DNA of 30,694 bases from Cyanobacteria bacterium J06626_4. Lineage in GTDB: Bacteria > Cyanobacteriota > Cyanobacteriia > Phormidesmidales > Phormidesmidaceae. The notes below the pieces were generated by a model, which was not told the origin of the DNA, ran no database searches, and saw nothing but the letters and a program-made list of their open reading frames with translations. The stretch lies in assembly GCA_038523235.1 (NCBI GenBank), contig JBCBJQ010000068.1, forward strand, positions 1 to 30,694, read 5' to 3'. This document shows positions 1-9,431 of this stretch, in pieces. Both the position numbers and the translations under genes were made by a program. Position 1 is the stretch's first letter. Each line of letters begins with the position of its first letter.

Positions 1-629
1 AAAACAAAGCATTCTGTCCAACTTACTGAATGGATACTTGAAAATGATGATCAACACTTAGGGGGGCTTGCGAGCTTTCTATCTGAAATCATGGGGCAGC
101 TCGAAAGTATACATTGAAAGGCTCATAAAGATGTTACAAATAGACCTTATCAGACTTACTTACATCAATACTCCGGACAGAAATCTGCTCCTCACATCGC
201 CTGTAATGTAGAGCCTTCGTTGCTAGAAGTATTTAAATCAATATCAGCCTGAAAGCTACCTTTGATTTAAATGGGCAGTTGCTGGGATGATCGCCCTGTA
301 AGCCTTATAGCTTCGTCAATAAAACTGTCCGGACTGTTGTTACATAAGCAATGTTCTGAAAGTGATCCGTGATGCAGTGTCTGAAACCTTATAAAAAAGT
401 GAGTGTGGGCTTTCTTCCATGTAACCTGAAAGTCCTTGAATCTGAATACCATATTCTCGAATATGGCTGGCCTACCATTTTTTGTTTGGTCGACCACTGA
501 GGTGTGGTGAGGACGGGGGAGATCGCCCCTTATGGGGCAAAGTATGGCGATGTCGTCTCATGCGGCAATGTCGCCATAGGCAAGTGTTAGGCTGCAGGCA
601 ACTTCATCACCCCATGAGGCCCCTGACCA

Positions 630-2006
630 ATGACACGGGATGAACTGCTGCAGGCCATTGCCAAGGCCGCCAAAGAAGGCGCCACCACCCTGGATCTAAC
701 GGAAAGCAACATCTCATCAGACCCATCAGACCAGCTGACCGAACTCCCACCCGAGATTGGTCAGTTAACTCACATGGAGACACTCATTATTCAGAATTTT
801 TGTGGCCACAATGCGCTGCAAACGCTTCCTCCTGAAATCGGCCAACTTAAGAATCTGAAGGTTCTCGATCTGCGATCGGATGAGCTACAGAGCTTGCCCG
901 CCGCAATCGGACAACTGCACCATCTGTCAAAATTGCGACTCAATGTACGTCAGCTGAGTCACCTACCTGTAGAAATTGGGCAGTTACAAAATCTATCAGA
1001 GCTTCATCTTTTTACCGATAAGCTGAGCCATTTACCCAAAGAAATTGGTCAGTTGGAAAATCTGTCAGAGCTTCATCTTTCTGCAGGTAAACTGAGTTAT
1101 TTACCCTCAGAAATTGGCCAGTTGAAAAATCTATCAACATTTGAACTGTACACGTCAGATCTAAAATGCTTGCCTGCCGAAATTGGTCAGCTTCAGAATT
1201 TATCGAAGCTGCGTTTATCTGCTCATAGTCTGCAGGAGATTCCTGATGAAATCGGCCAGCTCAAAAATCTAAGCACTATCCATATCACAACTCCTCTCTT
1301 GAGTCATCTACCCGCAGCATTTTACAAACTTGAAGGGCTATTGAGTCTCGATCTAGAGTGCTGCGAAACGCTAAATTGTTTGGCCGCTGAAATTGGCCAG
1401 CTTCAGCGTTTGAGACGTCTCTCAATCAGCCATACCCTCCTCCGCAACCTCCCCCCAGAAATTGGCCAGCTCAAAGATTTATCGAAGCTGATCTTAAGCC
1501 ATGTCAAGATCAGCCATTTGCCCGCAGAAATCGGGCAGTTGACCAAGCTGTCAGAGCTCGAAATAAAGCACTGTAACCAGCTCAGCAGCTTGCCTCCAGA
1601 AATTGGCAAGTTAAAAGCTCTATCTCGCCTGAACCTTGCCCACAATTGTCTGACCCACTTGCCTGAAGAGATGGGTGAGTTACAAGCCCTATCATGGCTC
1701 AGCGCTCAGAACAATCAAATCAGTAGCTTGCCGGCATCGATTGGCCAGCTCAAAAATCTGTCATATCTATCGCTTCGCGAGAATCAACTAGAAGCGCTAC
1801 CAGAAAAATTTGGCCATCTACAAAATCTTTCAACCTGCGATTTTAGTTATAATCAGTTAAGCAGCTTGCCGAAGAGCATTGGCGGATTAAAAAATCTATC
1901 GAAGTTATATCTGCGCAAAAATCCGTTGCCAATTCCGCCTATCTTGATCGGCAACAACCATAAACCGCAGGCAATAATTGCTCACTACTTGGAAAACTCC
2001 GTGTAG
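630..2006 (+). CDS. Leucine-rich repeat protein (about 17 repeats of 23 aa) with a Roco-type N-cap and no C-terminal Roc/COR domain
   Basis: Tandem LPxEIGQLxNLSxLxL repeats. N-terminus MTRDELLQAIAKAAKEGATTLDL and C-cap NPLPIPP...PQAIIAHY resemble cyanobacterial LRR proteins. Confidence 0.93.
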   Translation: MTRDELLQAIAKAAKEGATTLDLTESNISSDPSDQLTELPPEIGQLTHMETLIIQNFCGHNALQTLPPEIGQLKNLKVLDLRSDELQSLPAAIGQLHHLSKLRLNVRQLSHLPVEIGQLQNLSELHLFTDKLSHLPKEIGQLENLSELHLSAGKLSYLPSEIGQLKNLSTFELYTSDLKCLPAEIGQLQNLSKLRLSAHSLQEIPDEIGQLKNLSTIHITTPLLSHLPAAFYKLEGLLSLDLECCETLNCLAAEIGQLQRLRRLSISHTLLRNLPPEIGQLKDLSKLILSHVKISHLPAEIGQLTKLSELEIKHCNQLSSLPPEIGKLKALSRLNLAHNCLTHLPEEMGELQALSWLSAQNNQISSLPASIGQLKNLSYLSLRENQLEALPEKFGHLQNLSTCDFSYNQLSSLPKSIGGLKNLSKLYLRKNPLPIPPILIGNNHKPQAIIAHYLENSV

Positions 2007-2150
2007 CTATCAGGGGCTGATCAACTGACAAAACATCCGACAAAACATCGCTGACTCTGTCCTAAATCACTTTTTAAAAAACTTTTTGGCCAGTGCCAAA
2101 CGGCAATCGAATTGCGATCGCCCCCAAGCCAGCTCGGATAAACTCCATGA

Positions 2151-2993
2151 TCACGGCAATGTAGCGAGAAATGCCGCCACCGCCTGATTAAAGGCATCTG
2201 GCTCCACCAAATGAGGCCAGTGATTGCCCGGTAAGTGCTGTATTGATAGCTGAGGGAGATATTGCTGATACGGCTTAATTTGAAATCGGGTGCGGTTGAG
2301 TCCCTTTTCAGGCAGCAGCAGGCCGGTCGGCGTCGCGACCGTTTGTGCCAGGCCCGCCCGCTGCAGCACATCATCAAACACCCCGTTGCGGGCCGCGATC
2401 GCAAACTTGCTGCCCCAGCTGCCGTCTGCCCGCTGTTCCATCCCCTCTTGAAAAACCGCCTGCTGCAGCGGGCTCCAGCCGCGATACTGCTTCAGTCCTT
2501 GGGCCACGGCAACGGCGGCATCCTCATTGGCAAAAGGCCCCATCACTTTCAGAAAAGGCAGGGTGCGATACAGGATGGGGAAGGTGGGCCGAAACCAGCC
2601 GGGCAGGCGGTTGACAAAAAATGGATCGACCAAAATCAAGCTACGGAGTCGGTGAGGCTGCTGCTGCGCCCACAGTAAGGCAATCTTCGCCGCCCAAGAA
2701 TGGGCAATCACCCGCACCGTGTCGAGCCCAAGGGCCTCAGCCCAGCCTTCTAAGTCAGCAGCGAGCACCTGAGAATCGTAGGCCGATTCGGGTGGTTTAC
2801 TGCTGTTGCCGTGACCGCGCAAATCGGGCGCTAGGCAGCGGTAGCGATCGCTTAAATGTGCTGCCAGCGACTGCCACACGAGACCATGATCAGCTAAACC
2901 ATGCAGCATGACCACGGCCTCGCCCGTACCCTGCTCGCGGTAAGCCAGGGATATTTCGTTGGTCAAGACTTTCTGCTGCAGGCAAAATGACAT
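2151..2993 (-). CDS. Alpha/beta fold hydrolase
   Basis: HG motif (LHGLADH), APDLRGHGNS, nucleophile elbow AHSWA, C-terminal catalytic His (GNHWPHL). Confidence 0.9.
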   Translation of the reverse strand: MSFCLQQKVLTNEISLAYREQGTGEAVVMLHGLADHGLVWQSLAAHLSDRYRCLAPDLRGHGNSSKPPESAYDSQVLAADLEGWAEALGLDTVRVIAHSWAAKIALLWAQQQPHRLRSLILVDPFFVNRLPGWFRPTFPILYRTLPFLKVMGPFANEDAAVAVAQGLKQYRGWSPLQQAVFQEGMEQRADGSWGSKFAIAARNGVFDDVLQRAGLAQTVATPTGLLLPEKGLNRTRFQIKPYQQYLPQLSIQHLPGNHWPHLVEPDAFNQAVAAFLATLP

Positions 2994-3048
2994 GGCAATA
3001 TCAGTGACTGGGCGACTGGTGGGACTCCATGAGAAGCGGTGTTGGGCC

Positions 3049-3711
3049 TTATTCTGGGGCAGGTTCAGGCAAATATTGTTGCAGATAACTCAGCGTTAAG
3101 AGCTTCGTTTCGGCCACCAAGTCTTGGCGAAACTCCGGATCTCCCCCCAGAGACAGCCACAAGAGTTCAGTAATGGTTTTAGTGATGACCATGGCGATCC
3201 GCTCACACTTGGCGATCGCCAAACTGGGCTCACGGGCGTGGAAAAATCGCGCGAGTTCATCAATCACCTGATATTCAAAATCATCGATTTTTTCGATTTT
3301 AGACCAGGTGATCGTATCTAATAGCTGAGCAAAAATCGCTCGTGATCCCGGATAGTCAGTATAGAACTGGTCGAACACGTCAATCATCTGATCCACGTAC
3401 TGGCGCAACGGCAGCGTCATGGCCACAGGAGTATGCAGATCGAGAAATCGCTGATACTGCTTCTGCAGATAGCGAATGGCCAACGCCTTGAGAATCGCTT
3501 CTTTATCGGGAAAGAACTGGTAAATCGACCCGACCGAAACACCGGCCTGGGCCGCGATCGCTCGGGTAGTCGCTGATTCGTAACCAATTTCCACAAACAG
3601 CTGCTCGGCCACGTCAAGAATTTGCTGAACTCGCTCCTGACTACGAGCCTGCTGAGGCTGTCGCCGCATCTTATTGAGCTTGGAGGTACGAGAAGACTTC
3701 GAGTCGGGCAT
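3049..3711 (-). CDS. TetR/AcrR family transcriptional regulator
   Basis: RRQPQQARSQERVQQILDVAEQLF...TTRAIAAQAGVSVGSIYQFFPDK HTH. Start placed at ATG 3711 because the longer ORF would overlap the operator/promoter. Confidence 0.92.
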   Translation of the reverse strand: MPDSKSSRTSKLNKMRRQPQQARSQERVQQILDVAEQLFVEIGYESATTRAIAAQAGVSVGSIYQFFPDKEAILKALAIRYLQKQYQRFLDLHTPVAMTLPLRQYVDQMIDVFDQFYTDYPGSRAIFAQLLDTITWSKIEKIDDFEYQVIDELARFFHAREPSLAIAKCERIAMVITKTITELLWLSLGGDPEFRQDLVAETKLLTLSYLQQYLPEPAPE

Positions 3712-3726
3712 CGATTTTGAGATGGG

Positions 3727-3776
3727 TTGACAAAACGTGAACAGTGTTCTTATTTTAGAAACATGAACACTGTTCA
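3727..3776. promoter_or_regulatory. Divergent promoter region with two TetR-type operator palindromes
   Basis: GAACA-G-TGTTC (3739-3749) and TGAACA-C-TGTTCA (3764-3776) are mutual inverted copies. TTGACA at 3727-3732 and TATTTT at 3751-3756 flank the first. Confidence 0.8.
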
Positions 3777-3807
3777 AATTTTACCGCCTCTGGGCGAGTC
3801 CATTTCT

Positions 3808-5214
3808 ATGCCACCCCTTACTCGTCGTTCACTATTGGCTTTGTTTGCGATCATGCCGGTAGTCGGCAAAGCGTGTCAGCCTTTGCCGGGTCAAACGTTG
3901 CCGGAGCAAACCCATTACGACACCATCGTGATTGGCGCAGGCGCCGCCGGGTTAGCTGCAGCCCAGACATTGAAAGATGCTAACCGCTCTGTACTGTTGC
4001 TAGAGGCGCGCGATCGCGTCGGGGGCAGAGTCCACACCGACTATGATTTTGCGCCGCACCCCGTCGAGCTCGGCGCGGAATTCCTGCATGGTGAAAACAT
4101 CGTGACCTGGGACTGGGTGCGGCGTCATCGGTTGGCCACCCTGGCAGCCTTTGATCACTATCGCCACCAGTTTGTCTATGCCCATCAAGCGCTACAGCCC
4201 TTTCGGCAGTGGTCCACCATGCCGGGGTTAGAGGCGCTCGATTTGATGAATGGTTCACCGATTGACGCGCTGATTGCTAGCTGGATTGACGAAGGCAAAC
4301 CGGACGTGAGCCTGGCGCAGTTTCTAGCGCGGCACCAGATCGAGCTATCGCCGGATGCTCGTCGTCTTGTCGACCATTTTCTCAGCGGTAGCTATGGGGC
4401 CAACCTTGATCAGCTTGGGGTCTATGGACTGGCAGAGTCAACCTATGCAGGGGATGGCGATCGCTATTTTCGGCTGCGACCCGGTTACTCTCATCTGATG
4501 GCGAAGTTAGCCGTTGGGTTAAACATTCACTACGCCACGCCTGTTGTTCGCATTGGCTGGAGCCCATCCGGTGTCCAGATTCAGACAGACACCGCTCAAA
4601 CCTACACCGCCCAACAGATTGTGATCACGCTACCGTTGGCCTTGCTACAGGCCAACGCCGTCGAGTTTACTCCACCATTGCCGGAATCTAAGCTCAAGGC
4701 CATTCAGGGGCTCGGTGCCGGACATATCACTAAGCTGATACTGAAATTTGATCAGCCCTTTTGGCCGCGAGCATTGGAGTCTTGCCTCACCACCCAGGAC
4801 ACGCAATTCTGGTGGCGATCCGGTTGGCAACGTCATAATGAGGCCCCGGTACTGACTGCTTTCACCGGCGCAACAGGGGCGGATACCTTAGGGGCACTGG
4901 GGCGAGAAGGCTCGATTCGAGCCGGTTTGCAGCAGTTAGAACAGATATTTGAACAGCCCTTAGCAGAGCGATTGACGGATGCACTGTTTGTCGATTGGCA
5001 AGCTGATCCCTATGCGCGGATGGCTTATTCCTATGTGCCGGTTGATGGGGTGGGGTTGCGATCGCAACTCGCCCAGCCAGTTGATCACGTGCTCTTCTTT
5101 GCTGGCGAGGCCACTCATCCGACCCGCGCTGCTACTGTGCATGGGGCCTTAGAAAGTGGGGACCGGGCGGCGCGTGAAATTTTATCGCGGCATCGGCATC
5201 GTTCGGCCTCATGA
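3808..5214 (+). CDS. Flavin monoamine oxidase family (FAD-dependent) oxidoreductase with a possible Tat/lipoprotein signal
   Basis: GAGAAGL dinucleotide-binding motif, LEARDRVGGRV, ELGAEF, FFAGEAT...TVHGALESG. N-terminal TRRSLL plus a hydrophobic stretch and GKAC. Confidence 0.9.
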   Translation: MPPLTRRSLLALFAIMPVVGKACQPLPGQTLPEQTHYDTIVIGAGAAGLAAAQTLKDANRSVLLLEARDRVGGRVHTDYDFAPHPVELGAEFLHGENIVTWDWVRRHRLATLAAFDHYRHQFVYAHQALQPFRQWSTMPGLEALDLMNGSPIDALIASWIDEGKPDVSLAQFLARHQIELSPDARRLVDHFLSGSYGANLDQLGVYGLAESTYAGDGDRYFRLRPGYSHLMAKLAVGLNIHYATPVVRIGWSPSGVQIQTDTAQTYTAQQIVITLPLALLQANAVEFTPPLPESKLKAIQGLGAGHITKLILKFDQPFWPRALESCLTTQDTQFWWRSGWQRHNEAPVLTAFTGATGADTLGALGREGSIRAGLQQLEQIFEQPLAERLTDALFVDWQADPYARMAYSYVPVDGVGLRSQLAQPVDHVLFFAGEATHPTRAATVHGALESGDRAAREILSRHRHRSAS

Positions 5215-5584
5215 GCTGGCCCGATCACCCCATTGGCGGTGGCATGATGTCACTGACACGACCGTCTGCAGCTCACCACCCGAACCGTTTTGTGGCTGTC
5301 TGCCCTGCAAAAGCGTCAGAGCTCCCGACGTTTGCAACTCGCTCATCCTGCCAAAAGCGCCAGATTTCCAAGTCCTTCTGCCTTTCTGGCGTACCCCTTG
5401 GACTATCGATGGGGAGAAGTCTGTAGGGTTTAGAGACGGAGCAGCGTCTCTGGGCGTAGGCAAACCACGTCAAATGCCCTCATCCTAAACGGGCATGAAT
5501 TCAAAACGGAGTGGATCCCAGCGTGAAACCAAAAACTTTTTTGAATCGTCCATTTTTATACCGGCATAGGAGAGTTACTCAGCC

Positions 5585-6319
5585 ATGAATCGCAAAGTAA
5601 AACTGGCCCTCGATATCTTCATGGGGGCCGTTATTCCTATCCTAATTTTAAATAACCTCAATGAGCAATTGGGGACAGTAAACACTTACGTTTTTGCGGC
5701 ACTCGTGCCGGTCGCTTGGATTTTGCTTGATACATGCTTTATCACCCGACGCTTTAATTTCATCACGAGCTATGTGGGCATGTTTGCAATCTTGCGTGGC
5801 TTACTTGCCTTTTGGTTTGTCGATGGTATCCAGTTTGCTTTCAAAGACAGTATCGGCTCGATGTTTTCTGTGGTGGTATTTGGGGTTTCTATCATGTTGG
5901 GAAAACCCATCATGTACTACTTTCTTATGCAAGGAATGGGCCCTGATTCATTAGCTCAGGAAAAGGCCCTCAAGGCGTTACTGGCCGAGTCCAAGGTGTA
6001 TGGGGCACTCGTCAAGAGTACGAAAGTTTTACTGATGATTAGCCTTTTCACCAGCATGATCAACTTTGTCCTCAATTTGCAGATTGTGGTCGCTGATTTC
6101 GGGACTACAGCATTCAATCAACAAGTTGCCCAGGTGAATGCGATGACTCAAATCATGTTCACCCTCTTGGAGTTTATGGGCATCGGGATTGCCATCGTGC
6201 TTATCCGCCGGGCGATGCTTTACTACCTGCCTGAAGAACCGGACAAGGAAGACGATGAAAGTGATTTCTGGGATCTCTTAGAACTCCGCGAGAGTCAGAA
6301 AATCACCTCACAATCGTAG
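5585..6319 (+). CDS. Multi-pass membrane protein, VC0807-like
   Basis: About 6 hydrophobic segments, acidic C-tail, SD AGGAG upstream. Family recalled from the sequence pattern only. Confidence 0.6.
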   Translation: MNRKVKLALDIFMGAVIPILILNNLNEQLGTVNTYVFAALVPVAWILLDTCFITRRFNFITSYVGMFAILRGLLAFWFVDGIQFAFKDSIGSMFSVVVFGVSIMLGKPIMYYFLMQGMGPDSLAQEKALKALLAESKVYGALVKSTKVLLMISLFTSMINFVLNLQIVVADFGTTAFNQQVAQVNAMTQIMFTLLEFMGIGIAIVLIRRAMLYYLPEEPDKEDDESDFWDLLELRESQKITSQS

Positions 6320-6381
6320 AGTCTAAATTGCTATCGATTCTCTCAATGATGTCAGTTCGGTTAAGGCAAAACCTGTTACTT

Positions 6382-6466
6382 TCCCCTCCTGGGAGGGGCT
6401 GACGGGGTGGGTTCGAGCCGTTGGAGAAACCCACCCCGTCCTGCGGACAACCCTCCCAGGAGGGGA
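6382..6466. repeat. Cyanobacterial REP/MITE-like palindromic element, copy 1
   Basis: TCCCCTCCTGGGAGGGG...GGGGTGGGTT / AACCCACCCC...CCCTCCCAGGAGGGGA nested inverted repeats. Near-identical to the reverse complement of 22723-22816. Confidence 0.85.
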
Positions 6467-6915
6467 TTTGGCCCTCAAACTGCCCGTAGTCCCTCACCAG
6501 TCTTATCCCGAACTCAGGTTAAATATCAAAGACAACCCACAAAAAGAGATTGATGCCACGCCCGGATTGAGCTGTCCCTTTTTCAAGAGGGTGCGGGGGA
6601 TAGACACGGCAATTTTATGGGTAGTTCAAACTCAGAGAATGGGTATAACTGGTGCTGGATGCCCTAATTGTTGGCGATTGCCGGGTTTCAGCACAGCTGT
6701 CATCACCCCAATGTCTATGGCTGCGCGGGTCGCAGCTTTACCGGCTCAAGTCCCCACCACGTTTGGATGGAATGACGTACACCGTTTGAGAGAGTGAGTG
6801 CAAAAGGCGATTCTACGGGCGATCGCAGCCACCTGGAGCAGTTAGGGGCAACTTGCTTGCCGATCGCGCCACCCACAGCCGGGGTAATGGCTCATGGCAA
6901 GCCGCAAACACAGGA

Positions 6916-7899
6916 CTAGATCTGGAAGGCCATCATCTTTTCCACCGCTTCCTCAATTTTTTGCGGTTGCACAATCGTCAGGCTCTCAAGCTTGCCGTTA
7001 TACGGCGTCGGAATATCTTGCGACGACAGGCGCAGCACCGGAGCATCCAGTTCATCGAAGAAGCGATCGTTGATCGAGGCGACGATTTCAGCGCCAATGC
7101 CCCCTGTCTTCATGCATTCTTCCACCACGATTACGCGATGCGTTTTTTTGATCGAAGCGCCGATGGTGTCAAAATCCAGCGGCTTCAGTGAAATTAAATC
7201 AATCACCTCTGGATCAAATCCTTTTTTCTCCAGCTTTTTAGTCGCTTGCATGACGTGGTGACGCATCCGCGAGTAGGTCAAAATAGTGACGTCTTGACCC
7301 GGACGCACCACCTCCGCCTGATCAAGGGGCACGAGGTAGTCGTGATCGGGCAAATCTTCTTTGAGGTTGTAGAGCAGCACATGCTCAAAAAACAGGACGG
7401 GATTGTTGTCGCGAATCGCGGATTTCAACAATCCTTTAGCGTTGTAGGGGGTGGAACAGGCCACAATTTTAAGCCCCGGTACCGCCTGAAAATAGGCCTC
7501 TAGCCGCTGGGAGTGCTCCGCCCCAAGCTGCCGCCCGACGCCGCCCGGCCCACGAATTACCATCGGAATTTTATAGTTGCCGCCCGAGGTATAGCGCAGC
7601 ATCCCGGCATTGTTGGCAATCTGGTTAAAGGCCAAGAGCAGAAAGCCCATATTCATACCTTCGATGATCGGTCGCAGGCCCGTCATCGCGGCCCCCACAG
7701 CCATGCCGGTAAAGCTATTTTCCGCGATGGGCGTATCCAGCACGCGAAACTCGCCGTATTTTTCGTACAACCCTTTGGTGACCTTATAGGAACCGCCGTA
7801 GACACCGACGTCTTCGCCTAAAACAAAAACGGTATCGTCGCGGCCCATTTCCTCATCGACGGCTTCGCGGAGAGCGTTGAACAAAAGAGTGTCTGCCAT
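6916..7899 (-). CDS. pdhB: Pyruvate dehydrogenase E1 beta subunit
   Basis: [36 protein letters not shown]. Start MADTLLF at 7899. Confidence 0.97.
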   Translation of the reverse strand: MADTLLFNALREAVDEEMGRDDTVFVLGEDVGVYGGSYKVTKGLYEKYGEFRVLDTPIAENSFTGMAVGAAMTGLRPIIEGMNMGFLLLAFNQIANNAGMLRYTSGGNYKIPMVIRGPGGVGRQLGAEHSQRLEAYFQAVPGLKIVACSTPYNAKGLLKSAIRDNNPVLFFEHVLLYNLKEDLPDHDYLVPLDQAEVVRPGQDVTILTYSRMRHHVMQATKKLEKKGFDPEVIDLISLKPLDFDTIGASIKKTHRVIVVEECMKTGGIGAEIVASINDRFFDELDAPVLRLSSQDIPTPYNGKLESLTIVQPQKIEEAVEKMMAFQI

Positions 7900-8017
7900 A
7901 GGTCTGCTTCTAGAAAGTTGAAAAAACAAGAGATTGCACGGGCCGCTCTAATGATTCAGAGCAAAAATCCCAATCCGGTCGCGGGCGGTCTGGAGCGAGG
8001 GCGCTGACCAGCCTGGC

Positions 8018-9046
8018 CTAACGCTCGGCAAAAATGTAACGATAGAGTTCGCTGGGGTCAGGCTCAGGGCTCTGCTCAGCAAAGGTGACGGCTTCATCCA
8101 CCAGGGTTTGAATGCGATCGCGAATGGCCTTCAGGTCGCTGTCTTTGACCAGATTTTGCTTCAGTAGGTACGTTTCAAAGCGCTTCAGCGGGTCGCGGGC
8201 CAGCCACTCTTCTTTCTCTTCTTTGGACCGCAGCTCATCGGGGTCGGCCAGCGAGTGACCGCGAAACCGGTAGGTGAGACATTCGATCAGCGTGGGGCCT
8301 TCACCCGCCCGGGCTTTCCGCACCGCTTCCAGGGCTGCCTCGCGAACGGCGAGGACATCCATGCCGTCAACTTCGACGCCGGTCATGCCGAAAACGCTGG
8401 CTTTTTTATAAATTTCGGTTTGCGAACTGGCGCGATCGTGGGCCATCCCGATCGCCCACTTGTTGTTTTCCACCACAAAGATAATCGGCAGTTTCCACAG
8501 CGCCGCCATGTTAAGGCATTCAAAAAACTGACCGTTGTTTGTCGTACCGTCGCCAAAGAAGCAGGCCGTCACCTGATCGGCAGCCGCATCGCCCAACGCA
8601 TTACGGCGATAGTGCGACTGAAAGGCCGCTCCCAGCGCTACCGGAATGCCTTCGCCAATAAAAGCAAAGCCGCCGAGCAAATTATGCTCCGCCGAAAACA
8701 GGTGCATGGAGCCGCCCCGCCCCTTGCTGCAGCCCGTTTCTTTGCCAAACAGCTCCGCCATGACGTTGCGCGCGGGCACCCCCACGCTCAGAGCATGAAC
8801 GTGATCGCGGTAGGTGCTGCAGACGTAGTCATCGGTGCGTAAACACTTGATCACCCCCGAAGAGACCGCCTCTTGACCGTTATACAGGTGCACAAAGCCA
8901 AACATGCGGCCCCGATAATACATCTCCGCGCACTTATCTTCGAAGTAGCGGCCGAGTACCATGTCCTCATAAATGGTCAGCCCTTCCTCGGCGGTCACGA
9001 GGGCATCGGTTGCATTAAATACGGGTAGGGTCCGTTCCTGAGCCAT
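8018..9046 (-). CDS. pdhA: Pyruvate dehydrogenase E1 alpha subunit
   Basis: [18 protein letters not shown], ThDP motif GDG...[20 protein letters not shown]. Confidence 0.97.
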   Translation of the reverse strand: MAQERTLPVFNATDALVTAEEGLTIYEDMVLGRYFEDKCAEMYYRGRMFGFVHLYNGQEAVSSGVIKCLRTDDYVCSTYRDHVHALSVGVPARNVMAELFGKETGCSKGRGGSMHLFSAEHNLLGGFAFIGEGIPVALGAAFQSHYRRNALGDAAADQVTACFFGDGTTNNGQFFECLNMAALWKLPIIFVVENNKWAIGMAHDRASSQTEIYKKASVFGMTGVEVDGMDVLAVREAALEAVRKARAGEGPTLIECLTYRFRGHSLADPDELRSKEEKEEWLARDPLKRFETYLLKQNLVKDSDLKAIRDRIQTLVDEAVTFAEQSPEPDPSELYRYIFAER

Positions 9047-9431
9047 GGGTTTGACGTATCCTTGACGGCAGTTCCAACTTTACACAATAAACAATATTGT
9101 CCTTTTGATAAGGTTCCTCAACCTTAGAATTATCTTGAGGACAGAACCTTGCCCCCACGTCGCGGTATAGGTCAGGGGGCGACCCCTGGGGGGCAGGCGG
9201 AAATCTCACCAATCTTATACCGGTATCTGACTTTAAACATCAGCAGCAGTAGTTGGCCATAAAGGAACTTAAATTGGGCGGTCAAGAACTCGACAACCGA
9301 CCTATCATGAGGAACGATTTACGAACAGGTTTCTGAAGCAAACGGGTTGGCGGGGGCAATTCCCGCCATGCTGGCCGCGGGCATGACCCGAACAACTGAT
9401 AGCAAGATGGGCACTTGGGGACAAGACAGCA

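Noticed and set aside
1..500. AT-rich stretch with a partial + frame (1-117) and ORF 267-497 (-)
   Set aside because: No recognisable motif and every frame checked is interrupted. Possibly a gene relic, but it cannot be assigned.
543..593. Hairpin TATGGCGA/TCGCCATA followed by GTTAGGC before the LRR gene, as a possible attC
   Set aside because: No R'' (AAC) box or L-box geometry.
630..2006. LRR variability as a diversity-generating retroelement target
   Set aside because: No reverse transcriptase and no template/variable repeat pair in the window.
5156..5488. Overlapping short ORFs after the amine oxidase
   Set aside because: Mutually overlapping on both strands with no motifs; likely intergenic.
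6303..6797. ORFs 6303-6497 and 6468-6797
   Set aside because: They run through repeat elements; likely spurious.
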